Below, in pieces: positions 24,326-32,781 of a stretch of DNA of 33,067 nucleotides. The stretch comes from Candidatus Margulisiibacteriota bacterium. GTDB taxonomy: Bacteria; Margulisbacteria; Termititenacia; Termititenacales; Termititenacaceae. Location of the stretch: NCBI GenBank assembly GCA_031264205.1, contig JAISEH010000106.1, positions 1 through 33,067 of the forward strand, given 5' to 3'. The notes under the pieces were generated by a model that worked only from the letters and a program-made list of their open reading frames with translations, did no database searches and was not told the DNA's origin. How positions within the stretch are numbered: the stretch's first letter is position 1; every line of letters begins with the position of its first letter. The translations under genes were made by a program, and so were the position numbers.

Positions 24326-24496
24326 ATGAAAATGATTTACAGCGCGTTCAATGACCGCATGAATCTGCTGGCCGAGCGGCCGTCCCTGCGCGAGAAAGTG
24401 CGCCTGATCCAGGCCGCCGCGCAAAAGGCCGAGTGGGTGGAAACCGCTCTCGAACATAAACGTTTGGCGGATTTTGTTTACACGGCACGGATCTAA
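24326..24496 (+). CDS. Small hypothetical protein (56 aa)
   Basis: Within ORF 24203..24496. The ATG at 24326 (or 24332) is preceded by a GGAAAGGGGGG SD-like run. Product MKMIYSAFNDRMNLLAERPSLREKVRLIQAAAQKAEWVETALEHKRLADFVYTARI is predicted helical. No family recognised. Confidence 0.4.
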   Translation: MKMIYSAFNDRMNLLAERPSLREKVRLIQAAAQKAEWVETALEHKRLADFVYTARI

Positions 24497-24535
24497 TGCC
24501 GATTTTCTTTGCGGGCGTACGTGTTAAAATCGCGT

Positions 24536-25582
24536 ATGCCCGAAACTTATCACATCATCACTTTCGGCTGTCAGATGAATAAAAATGACAGCGAACATTT
24601 GGCCGGTATGCTGGAATTCAACGGCTGTCAGCCGGTGGATAATCCGGAGACCGCGAATATTTTGGTTTTGAACACCTGCGCGGTGCGCGACAAAGCCGAG
24701 CGGCGTGTGTACGGCCAGCTCGAAAATTTTAATTATTTGCGCAAGACAAAAAATCTCAGCCAGAAAATTTTTCTGGCTGGCTGTATGCCGGCCTGCGGTA
24801 AAGCGGAAATAAAAAAACGCGCGCCGTTCCTCGACGGATTTCTGGAGATCGAAGAAGCTCGCCGCTATCCGCCGCGCCGCGCGGATGCGCCGGAAGCGTG
24901 GGTGACGATCATGCAGGGCTGCGACAATTACTGCGCCTACTGCATTGTGCCGTACGCGCGCGGACGCGAGCGCAGCCGTGACGCCGCGGAAATACTCGCG
25001 GAAATACAACAGATCGATTTTAGCCAGCGCGAAGTTTTATTTTTGCTGGGACAAAATGTCAATTCTTATGCCGGAGAATTTCAGGGACAAAAAATTTCTT
25101 TTCCGCAATTGCTGGAGCTGGTGATGCAAAAGTGTATCACTGTGCCAAAATTGGCTTTCCTGACCTCGCACCCCAAAGACATGAGCGACGAGCTTATTTC
25201 TGTCATCGCACACAATGCCAAAATCGACCGCGAAATTCATTTGCCGGTGCAGCACGGCAATGACCGCATTTTGCAATTGATGAATAGAGGCTACACGATC
25301 AAGCATTATCTGACGCTGCTTGAAAAGATCCGCGCGCGCATTCCGTCGGCCAAAATATCCACGGATATTATTGTCGGCTTTCCGGGCGAGACAGACGCGG
25401 AATTTCAGGACACTTATGAATTGGTGCGGACAGCCGGATTTTCCCGCGTGAACACCGCCGGATTTTCCGCGCGCGCCGGCACCGCCGCCGCCAAAATGCC
25501 GCCGCTGGAACAAAAAATAATAAAAGAGCGCCTGAATAAATTAAATTCGTGCATAAATTCTTTAAAACAAGTAAATAAGTAG
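24536..25582 (+). CDS. MiaB/RimO-family radical-SAM methylthiotransferase, apparently lacking the TRAM domain
   Basis: ORF 24509..25582 with the ATG at 24536. The N-terminal UPF0004 cysteines are present (FGCQMN, LNTCAVR, LAGCM). Radical-SAM motif CDNYCAYC. The protein ends about 25 aa after the ...SARAGTAAAKM motif, where MiaB normally continues into a TRAM domain. Confidence 0.85.
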   Translation: MPETYHIITFGCQMNKNDSEHLAGMLEFNGCQPVDNPETANILVLNTCAVRDKAERRVYGQLENFNYLRKTKNLSQKIFLAGCMPACGKAEIKKRAPFLDGFLEIEEARRYPPRRADAPEAWVTIMQGCDNYCAYCIVPYARGRERSRDAAEILAEIQQIDFSQREVLFLLGQNVNSYAGEFQGQKISFPQLLELVMQKCITVPKLAFLTSHPKDMSDELISVIAHNAKIDREIHLPVQHGNDRILQLMNRGYTIKHYLTLLEKIRARIPSAKISTDIIVGFPGETDAEFQDTYELVRTAGFSRVNTAGFSARAGTAAAKMPPLEQKIIKERLNKLNSCINSLKQVNK

Positions 25583-25801
25583 GCCTTTTTCCTGCATAAA
25601 TGGTGCGCAAAATCGTGCATAAACTGTAAAGTTATACATGTTGTCCACTGGTTTTCCACAAAGCAAGAGCTAAAGAAGCATTGCTTAACGCTTAACCGGA
25701 CAGAATATCGGTATTTTTGTGGATATGTGGTTGATAGTTGGAATAACTTTGTTTTAAGGTAGTTGCTTGAATATTTAAAGGCAGGCCGCTAAAATAAGCC
25801 A

Positions 25802-26116
25802 GTGTTAAAAATTAAACGCTTTGACCTGCATCCTTACCGGCCGACTGTGGACGAAGCGCTGGCGCTGGTGGAGCAGGCTCTGGTTTCGGCCAGACAGCGC
25901 GGTTACAAAGCGGTAAAAATAATTCACGGCTGCGGAAAGATCCGCGCGGAGTTGCCGGAGTTTTTACACGGGCGGTATAAATTTTGCGCCGGCGATAAAT
26001 TTGAGCTTTTTGCCGCGGAAGGCCGGGCGATCCTGGCGGTCTGTCCCGAGCTGGCCAAAGACCGCGATTTCAATAAATACAATGCGGGGATTACAATAGT
26101 GGCTTTGGCGAGGTAA
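25802..26116 (+). CDS. Smr (small MutS-related) domain protein
   Basis: 104 aa with a GTG start and no internal Met. DLHPYRPTVDEALALVEQAL...YKAVKIIHGCGK matches the Smr DLHG...IIHGKG pattern. Confidence 0.7.
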   Translation: MLKIKRFDLHPYRPTVDEALALVEQALVSARQRGYKAVKIIHGCGKIRAELPEFLHGRYKFCAGDKFELFAAEGRAILAVCPELAKDRDFNKYNAGITIVALAR

Positions 26117-26125
26117 AATAGCGAA

Positions 26126-27142
26126 ATGAAAAAATTTTTGAGTATGGTGTTTTTAATAGCGGCTGTTTTTGCTGAACTGACGAGACAAGAGCATCAAATG
26201 CCCGGGATTTATGAACCGCACCCGAATCAAGAGAGCTATTTTCATTTTTATCTCGATTATGGTTATCATAATGAAAGTCTCTACGCGTATGCTTCGTCAA
26301 GCAATGCCTTTCTGCATATCGCCGGAAATCCCAACGAAAAACCGGCGTTGTATTGCGCGCTGGCTTTTGACGGTTTAATGGAAGGCGTGATACGCGCGAC
26401 GCTGGATGATCGCGTGTCGTCTAATGCTTGGCGCGAGGTTGCGGAAGGCCGGCCCAAAGCCGATAGCGGCACCTCGCCGGAAGCCTACAGCGCGCTGCTT
26501 TCCGGCAACGCGGATATTATTTTTTGCTTTGAGCCTTCTGACGCGCAGTTGAGACAGGCGCGCGAGCTGGGAGTTTCCTATAAGCTCACGCCGCTGGGCA
26601 AGGATGCGTTTGTTTTTTTTGTGAATAAGCAAAATCCGGTGCGTAATTTAAGCTCAAAACAAATACAGGATATTTATTCCGGTAAAACAACAAATTGGCG
26701 ATTGGTTGGCGGAAGAGATGCGGCTATTCACGCGTTTCAAAGGCCAAAAAACTCCGGCAGCCAGACCATATTGGAAAAAGTGATGAACGGCATTCCTTTA
26801 ATAACGCCGCCGACGGAATATTATCATGTTTCTATGCGGGACATAATCGAAGCGGCCGCAAATTACCGCAATGCCGAAAACGCTCTCGGTTATTCTTTTT
26901 TATATTATGCCAGCGAAATGGTGCGCAACGAACAAATAAAGCTGTTGTCTTTTGACGGCATCGCGCCAACCCGAGAAAATATACAAAACGAGACATATCC
27001 ATTTACGGAAACTTTTTATGCAATTACTATAGAAGGACGAGAAACGGAAAACACGAAAAAATTGTTGCAATGGTTGTCTTCGGCAGAAGGGCAAAAACTT
27101 GTCGAATTGTCCGGCTATACTTCATATAAACCGGCAGAGTAA
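26126..27142 (+). CDS. PstS-like (PBP_like_2) periplasmic substrate-binding protein
   Basis: 338 aa with a signal-like N-terminus. LSSKQIQDIYSGKTTNWRLVGG...IHAFQRPKNSGSQ resembles the PstS-family I-x-G-x-ITNW-x-VGG ... SGT motif block. Confidence 0.7.
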   Translation: MKKFLSMVFLIAAVFAELTRQEHQMPGIYEPHPNQESYFHFYLDYGYHNESLYAYASSSNAFLHIAGNPNEKPALYCALAFDGLMEGVIRATLDDRVSSNAWREVAEGRPKADSGTSPEAYSALLSGNADIIFCFEPSDAQLRQARELGVSYKLTPLGKDAFVFFVNKQNPVRNLSSKQIQDIYSGKTTNWRLVGGRDAAIHAFQRPKNSGSQTILEKVMNGIPLITPPTEYYHVSMRDIIEAAANYRNAENALGYSFLYYASEMVRNEQIKLLSFDGIAPTRENIQNETYPFTETFYAITIEGRETENTKKLLQWLSSAEGQKLVELSGYTSYKPAE

Positions 27143-28474
27143 TTATTTCCCCACGCAAAAATTGGCGAAAATCTGCTCAATAATTTCATCGGACACCGCG
27201 TCGCCGGTGATTTCGCCGAGAACGGCCACGATCTCTTTGAGATACGGCGCCAGCACATCCAGATAATCGACGGCCTCCAGCGCGTCCAGAGTTTTGGCCA
27301 AAATTTGCGCCGCGCGGATCAGCCGGTCTTTTTGGCGCAGCGAGCTGATGTAAATATTTTTACTGAAATCCACGCGGCGCAGGTCGAGTTTCTCCAAAAT
27401 TTTCGCGGCCAGCAGATCGAGATTTTGGCCGGTTTTGGCAGATACCGGAATAGCCTCGGGGATACCCACTTTTTCTGACAAGTCCATTTTATTGGCCACG
27501 CGCAAATGCGGCCGGTCGCGGAGATATTCCAAAATTTCCTGATCTTCCGCCGCCGCGCCGGAAGCCGCGTCAAATACGGCCAGCACGAGATCAGCCGTTT
27601 GCAAATGCGCGCGGCTGCGCTCCACGCCGAGCTTTTCCACCGTGTCCTGCGTCTCACGCAGACCGGCTGTGTCGACGAGCGTGACACGCAGGCCACCGAT
27701 TTGCGCTTCGGCTTCCAGAGCGTCGCGCGTCGTGCCGGGCACAGCGGTTACGATCGCTTTGTTGTGCTGGAGCAGCGCGTTAAAAAGCGAAGACTTGCCG
27801 GTATTGGGACGACCAGCCAGCGCGACGACCGCGCCGGATTTTATGAGCAAACCTCTGGCGCTGTCCTCCAGTAATCGCGCGAAAGTTTCTTGCGCGTTTT
27901 TGAGCAAGACGCGGATTTTTTCCAGCGGCGGATCGTCTATTTCGTCGGGATAATCCAGCGCGGCTTCTATTTCACTCAAGATTTGCAAAAACTCGCCGCG
28001 AATTTGCCGGATTTTTTGCTGAACATCGCCTTCTAGATGCCGTAAAGCAAGACTTAAAGACAATTCACTGCCTGCGGAAATAGTGTCCGCCACTGCTTCA
28101 ACCTGTGTTAAGCCTAGCTTCCCAGCCAAAAATGCTCTTTTGGTAAACTCACCGGCCTCTGCCAGACGCGCGCCGGCCTTTAAAACCTCGGTCAGAAGTT
28201 TTTGTGTCAAGTAATATGAACCATGACAGTTAATTTCTACTACATCTTCGCCGGTATAAGAATTTGGCGCTTCAAAAACGGAAAGCAGTCCTTTATCAAT
28301 GATGGTTTTAGTGTTAAGTTCAAATAAAACACAGGGTTTTATCGTGTTTTTGTCAAATTTTTTTACACTGGATATTTTGGCCGCCACCGCGAAAGCGTCC
28401 GGCCCGGAAATGCGCACTATCGCCACGCCCCCGGTTCCCGGCGGAGTGGCAATAGCGGCGATAGTGTTATTCAC
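27143..28474 (-). CDS. mnmE: tRNA modification GTPase MnmE (TrmE)
   Basis: ORF 27143..28657. TIAAIATPPGTGGVAIVRISG N-terminus, G1 motif GRPNTGKSSL, and the C-terminal FCVGK motif. I prefer the GTG at 28474 (GTGAATAA overlap with the jag stop), since the 61 upstream codons overlap jag. Confidence 0.93.
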   Translation of the reverse strand: MNNTIAAIATPPGTGGVAIVRISGPDAFAVAAKISSVKKFDKNTIKPCVLFELNTKTIIDKGLLSVFEAPNSYTGEDVVEINCHGSYYLTQKLLTEVLKAGARLAEAGEFTKRAFLAGKLGLTQVEAVADTISAGSELSLSLALRHLEGDVQQKIRQIRGEFLQILSEIEAALDYPDEIDDPPLEKIRVLLKNAQETFARLLEDSARGLLIKSGAVVALAGRPNTGKSSLFNALLQHNKAIVTAVPGTTRDALEAEAQIGGLRVTLVDTAGLRETQDTVEKLGVERSRAHLQTADLVLAVFDAASGAAAEDQEILEYLRDRPHLRVANKMDLSEKVGIPEAIPVSAKTGQNLDLLAAKILEKLDLRRVDFSKNIYISSLRQKDRLIRAAQILAKTLDALEAVDYLDVLAPYLKEIVAVLGEITGDAVSDEIIEQIFANFCVGK

Positions 28475-29039
28475 TTTTTTCTTTTTTGAAACCTTTGGGC
28501 GAGACGACCACCTGACGCGTGCGTCCCATACCGCGGCTAAAAGTCTCCACAGCAGGGCGGCTTTGCAGGGCGGTGTGCACAATGCGTCTTTCCGCGGCGG
28601 ACATCGGGTCCAGCACGATCTGCACATTTTCGCGCTCGGCGACATCGGCGGCGTCATTGGCCGCGGCGATGATGGCCTGCTCCTGTTTGACCTTGTAATC
28701 GTTGGCGTCCAGATGCACGAAAGCTTTTTTCTGATATTTGCGGCTCAAAATATTGGACAGCAGCAATTGCAATGCCTGCAAAGTGCTGCCGGCTTTGCCG
28801 ATCACAATGCCCAGATCTTCCGCGCCGGTGATTTCCAGCGCGATAGTATTCTCGCGGCTGTCTTTCACGACGACGTCAACATTCAAACCCATCGTTTTCA
28901 AAATATCGAGCAGGGTCAGACGCGCGCTGTCCGTAACCGCCGGAGTGATTTCCAGAGTTTCGCGTTGCGGTCTTTCCGCGCCGTTACTGACCGGGGTTTC
29001 AGCGGGCGCTTCTTCTTTTTTACCAAAAATTCCAAACAT
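28467..29039 (-). CDS. jag: Jag/KhpB-type RNA-binding protein (KH + R3H domains)
   Basis: 190 aa. KH-like VIGKAGSTLQALQ and R3H-like MSAAERRIVHTAL. Conserved position between yidC and mnmE. AAGGAG SD. Confidence 0.88.
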   Translation of the reverse strand: MFGIFGKKEEAPAETPVSNGAERPQRETLEITPAVTDSARLTLLDILKTMGLNVDVVVKDSRENTIALEITGAEDLGIVIGKAGSTLQALQLLLSNILSRKYQKKAFVHLDANDYKVKQEQAIIAAANDAADVAERENVQIVLDPMSAAERRIVHTALQSRPAVETFSRGMGRTRQVVVSPKGFKKEKSE

Positions 29040-29051
29040 AAATTTTCTCCT

Positions 29052-29813
29052 TTACTTAATTTGTTTTACGTTGACCGTCTGCGGCGGCAGTTTTCTCAGC
29101 ATGTACACTTGCTGCAAACCGGCGCATAAATTGGACACGAGCAAATAAATCGAAATGCCGGCGCTCAAATTCAGGCAAACGATCAGCATCACGAAAGGCA
29201 TCATCAGCATCATTTTTTCCTGCTCTTTTTCCATGCCCATAGTTTTCTGGCTGAAATACGTGGTCAGGGCTACGAAGATCGCCAGCAGCGGCACAGCTAC
29301 CGGAAATTTGGTGTTTACGCCGGAGTATTGTTTTTTCACAATAATATTGGCCAGCGCTTTTTCCCGTGTTTCGCGCGTGTCGGAAATCCCGCGCTGATTT
29401 TCCCGATGAAACACGGCAAACTCCTGAGTTTCTTTAAAAGAGATGTCGTTGATCCACAAAAAATCTTTGCCGCCGTCCAGATTGATAAACGCCACAGAAT
29501 TCAGCGCGGCGTACAGCGCGAACAAAATCGGTAGCTGGATCAGCATGGGCAGACAGCCGGACAGAGGATTCATGTTGTGCGTTTTGTACAGCTCCAGCAT
29601 TTTTTTCTGCAAAGTCTGCGGATCGCTGCGGTATTTTTCTTGCAATTCCTTGAGCTTGGGCTGGATTTTGCGCATCGCCGCCATAGACTCAAATTGCTTG
29701 GCGGTCAGCGGCCAGAAAATTAGCTTGATCAGCACGGTCAGCAAAATAATCGCCAGACCATAATTTAGATTTGCGCCAAAAAACTTTAAGACCTCAATAA
29801 AAAAATTATTCAT
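29052..29813 (-). CDS. yidC: Membrane protein insertase YidC (short form without a large periplasmic domain)
   Basis: ORF 29052..29819. The ATG at 29813 follows an AAGGAG SD. LTAKQFESMAAMRKIQPKLKELQEKY...MNPLSGCLPMLIQLPILFALY is the YidC/Oxa1 core. Confidence 0.93.
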   Translation of the reverse strand: MNNFFIEVLKFFGANLNYGLAIILLTVLIKLIFWPLTAKQFESMAAMRKIQPKLKELQEKYRSDPQTLQKKMLELYKTHNMNPLSGCLPMLIQLPILFALYAALNSVAFINLDGGKDFLWINDISFKETQEFAVFHRENQRGISDTRETREKALANIIVKKQYSGVNTKFPVAVPLLAIFVALTTYFSQKTMGMEKEQEKMMLMMPFVMLIVCLNLSAGISIYLLVSNLCAGLQQVYMLRKLPPQTVNVKQIK

Positions 29814-29843
29814 TTTCACTCTCCTTTCTATATAACATAAAGC

Positions 29844-30053
29844 TTACGGCCAATCCTCGCCGCCCGGCTGTCCGGGGCGGCAACGCAAAATTCTTTTCAG
29901 GCCGCGCCAGAGGCCGCGCGCCAAGCCGTATTTCTCCAGACTCAAAACCATATACTCCGAGCAAGTCGGATAAAACCGGCAAGCCCGCACCGGCCAGCGC
30001 TGGCTAAAAAATTGATAAACCCTGATCAGGCGGATAACAATTTTTTTAAGCAT
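29844..30053 (-). CDS. yidD: Membrane protein insertion efficiency factor YidD
   Basis: 69 aa. CRFYPTCSEY and GGEDWP motifs. Overlaps the rnpA 3' end by 28 nt. Confidence 0.93.
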   Translation of the reverse strand: MLKKIVIRLIRVYQFFSQRWPVRACRFYPTCSEYMVLSLEKYGLARGLWRGLKRILRCRPGQPGGEDWP

Positions 30054-30346
30054 TGTTCCAGCTCGACCTGCATATCCGCGAATTTGTTTTTCAATATTCC
30101 GGTACGCGCGACGAGGATCAAATCACCCGTCAATTTTTTGCCCGCGACGACTGCCCGCAACAATTCCCGTAAAAGACGTTTGGCCCGATTGCGCTGTACG
30201 GCGTTGCCGATAGTCTTTTTCGAGGCCACTACCGCATAGCGGAATTCTGCGTGGGGTAAATAAAACAGCACAAAACTTTTGCCGACCTGTTTCTGTCCCG
30301 CATAAACGGCCGCAAAATCGGCCTGCTTGGTCAGCGTCGGGAACAC
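30026..30346 (-). CDS. rnpA: Ribonuclease P protein component
   Basis: 106 aa with a GTG start. LTKQADFAAVY...VVASKKTIGNAVQRNRAKRLLRE is the RnpA signature. Directly downstream of rpmH. Confidence 0.9.
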   Translation of the reverse strand: MFPTLTKQADFAAVYAGQKQVGKSFVLFYLPHAEFRYAVVASKKTIGNAVQRNRAKRLLRELLRAVVAGKKLTGDLILVARTGILKNKFADMQVELEQCLKKLLSA

Positions 30347-30351
30347 GCAGC

Positions 30352-30489
30352 CTAGACGGCCAAACGCTTTCTGCCCTTGGCGCGCCGCCGGCGGACGACG
30401 TTTTGGCCGTTAGCCGTGCCCATTCGCGCTAAAAAACCTTTTTTGCGTTTTTCCCGCAAAGCTTTGGGCTGAAAGGTGCGTTTCGTCAT
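30352..30489 (-). CDS. rpmH: 50S ribosomal protein L34
   Basis: Not in the ORF track because it is under 60 aa. My translation of the minus strand gives [45 protein letters not shown], with the ATG at 30489 and TAG at 30354..30352. AAGGAG SD and a TATAAT further upstream. Confidence 0.93.
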   Translation of the reverse strand: MTKRTFQPKALREKRKKGFLARMGTANGQNVVRRRRAKGRKRLAV

Positions 30490-30542
30490 TTTTGTTCTCC
30501 TTGTTTAGTTGGCATCATTATATAGGCAGGAAAAACTTTCCG

Positions 30543-30935
30543 TCAATTACTTGAAAAATATTCTTCCGGCAGAATAGCAAACTCAAAAAGATCCTCGCCG
30601 CTTTTATCTCGGTAATGATATATAATAGTAACGTTATTTTCGCCCAGATAGGCGGCTTCGGGTGTTTCATGCAAAGCCTGAAGTGCGTACTGGTGTACAG
30701 AAAGTTTTGTCATTTCTAGGTCAAGCATGGTTTTGGTGTGGTAAGGGTATGTATAAAAATAATGCAAATTGTGCCCAGAGGCGACGGCATAATCAAGTCT
30801 TGTTTCTTCGCTAACCATTACAGGGAAGTTCTCATTAGATTTTTTGACCAAATCTTTTAATTCTGTTTCAAAATCTGCAACACATCCGCTAAGAAATAAA
30901 ACGAGCAAGACAAATAAGATAATTTTTCTTTTCAT
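30543..30935 (-). CDS. Putative lipoprotein, unknown function
   Basis: 130 aa. MKRKIILFVLLVLFLSGC is a signal peptide plus lipobox. ATGA overlap with the murG stop. Visibly more AT-rich than the flanking genes. Confidence 0.7.
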   Translation of the reverse strand: MKRKIILFVLLVLFLSGCVADFETELKDLVKKSNENFPVMVSEETRLDYAVASGHNLHYFYTYPYHTKTMLDLEMTKLSVHQYALQALHETPEAAYLGENNVTIIYHYRDKSGEDLFEFAILPEEYFSSN

Positions 30936-31870
30936 TTTGTTTTCTCAATAAACTGTTTTATTTTCTCCGCGGCGTTCTTGAAATGCAGAGTTTTGGCGGC
31001 GTTGGACATGCGGGTCAGCGTTTCAGGATTGTCGATTTTGGCGATCGCGGCGGCCAGTGCACCGGTGGTCAAATCTTTGTCGAGCAAAAGGACAGCCGCG
31101 CCGCGCTCCTCGAAATACCGCGCGTTAAATTCCTGATGATTGTCCGCGGCGTGCGGATAGGGTATCAATATAGAAGGCAAGCCTATGGCCGCCAGCTCGG
31201 ACAGAGTGGTGGCTCCGGCGCGGCAAACGCATAGTTTGGTCGGGCTGTACAGACTGGCCATGTCGTGCTGATAATTTGTTCCGTCAAGATGCACGAATTC
31301 GTTAACTAATGCTTGACTAACTTTAAGCTCATTTATAGCGTTGTTAATACTATTTGCAGACAATGACCCGCCAAAAACCAAAATTTTTGTGTTGTTTGGC
31401 GAAAAATTTACGTTAAGTATGTCTTTACGAACTGGATTTCCAGTTAAGACGGCTTTATTTCGGGGAAAATATCTGGCCGCTCCGGCAAAAGCGACGAAAA
31501 CTTTGGCGGCGAGGCGGCTCAAGTAACGATTAACACGACCGGGCAAGATGTTTTGTTCCTGTAAATAAACCTTTTTGCCGAGCAATTTGGCCGCTAAAAT
31601 GACCGGCACGGTGACATAGCCGCCGGTCGCTACCACAATATCCGGCTTTTCGCGCGCGAGGATTTTTAGAGCTTGATAAAATCCGGCCGCGACCGCGCGC
31701 GGATCACGGCAACTGGCCGGAATTTCGTAAAATTTATGACCGGCCTGCGGCACCAAGGTTTTTTCCAGCCGGTTTGACCCGATAAAAAAACGTTCCGCGA
31801 ATTTATCCGCGATCGCTAACGCGGGATAAATATGTCCGCCGGTGCCGCCGCAGGAAAAACAAACTTTCAT
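30932..31870 (-). CDS. murG: Undecaprenyldiphospho-muramoylpentapeptide beta-N-acetylglucosaminyltransferase MurG (short, 312 aa)
   Basis: CGGTGGHIYPALAIA N-terminal motif, C-terminal ...RAGATTLSELAAIGLPSILIPYPHAADNHQ. ATGA overlap with tyrA. Confidence 0.9.
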   Translation of the reverse strand: MKVCFSCGGTGGHIYPALAIADKFAERFFIGSNRLEKTLVPQAGHKFYEIPASCRDPRAVAAGFYQALKILAREKPDIVVATGGYVTVPVILAAKLLGKKVYLQEQNILPGRVNRYLSRLAAKVFVAFAGAARYFPRNKAVLTGNPVRKDILNVNFSPNNTKILVFGGSLSANSINNAINELKVSQALVNEFVHLDGTNYQHDMASLYSPTKLCVCRAGATTLSELAAIGLPSILIPYPHAADNHQEFNARYFEERGAAVLLLDKDLTTGALAAAIAKIDNPETLTRMSNAAKTLHFKNAAEKIKQFIEKTK

Positions 31871-32700
31871 CTATAAATACTCCGTCTGATTTGCCGGCTG
31901 AATTCGAGATATTCTTTGAGGCCTTTGTAGTCGCCGCGGCCGATCAGCTGCTCAAGCCAGGAAATTTCACGCTGAAGTTTTTTCAAATGCCGCAGCACTT
32001 CGCGGCGGTTGGTGCGCGCGACTTCCACGCCCCACAGCGGGTCGGATTCCGCGATACGCGTGCAGGATTGGAAACCGGTCGCGGCCAGCGCGCGTTTGGT
32101 ATCATCATCGGCCATTTGCAGCAGGGCGACGGCGTTAAAATACGGTGTGTGCGAGACAGCCGCGACCGCGGCGTCGTGCTCGCGGGCCTCGGCTTTGCAG
32201 GGGCGCGCGCCGAGCGACTTAAAAAATTGCAGGACGGCCAGCAATTTGCCGCGCGGTGTATTTTTGTACGGCGTGAAGATAATGCGCGCGCCTTGCAGCA
32301 GCTCCGCCGAGGAGTGCGCGATACCGGTTTTCTCGCTGCCAAACATCGGGTGGCAGCCGATAAATTTATCGGCATATTTTTTGAGCGCGCCGACGATCTG
32401 GCTTTTGGTCGAGCCGGTGTCGATGATAATCGCGCCGGGTTTGGCCACCGCGTAAATTTGTTTCACATAAGCGGTGATCAGCTCGATCGGCGTGGCGATG
32501 ATTATCAGATCGGCATCGTGGCACAGCGCGGCAATATTGCCCGGTGTTTCCTGCACGATGCCGCTGTCGTAAGCGTAGGCCAGAGTTTTGGACGAGGCGG
32601 TTTTGGCGGCGATCCAGGTGGCCGGATATTTCTGGCGTATGGCGCGGGCGATAGAGCCGCCGATCAGCCCCAGCCCGATGAAAGCGACCTTTTGAAACAT
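31867..32700 (-). CDS. tyrA: Prephenate/arogenate dehydrogenase
   Basis: 277 aa. VAFIGLGLIGGSIARAI Rossmann motif, plus GCHPMFGSE and SHTPY motifs typical of TyrA. Confidence 0.88.
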   Translation of the reverse strand: MFQKVAFIGLGLIGGSIARAIRQKYPATWIAAKTASSKTLAYAYDSGIVQETPGNIAALCHDADLIIIATPIELITAYVKQIYAVAKPGAIIIDTGSTKSQIVGALKKYADKFIGCHPMFGSEKTGIAHSSAELLQGARIIFTPYKNTPRGKLLAVLQFFKSLGARPCKAEAREHDAAVAAVSHTPYFNAVALLQMADDDTKRALAATGFQSCTRIAESDPLWGVEVARTNRREVLRHLKKLQREISWLEQLIGRGDYKGLKEYLEFSRQIRRSIYR

Positions 32701-32781
32701 GCGCCTATTATAAGGAGAAAAAAAGCGAAAAACAAATGTATAGGTATGGCCGCGCTGTAAGGCTGTGTTATAATTCAGCCG

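Noticed and set aside
28299-29129. 276-aa plus-strand ORF. Similar cases are the shadow ORFs 31891..32760(+), 22173..22841(-), 9437..10033(-) and 2150..2605(-).
   Set aside because: Each lies opposite a confidently identified gene (mnmE/jag, tyrA, parA, dnaA, and the 604-aa gene). They have no recognisable motifs and no start signals.
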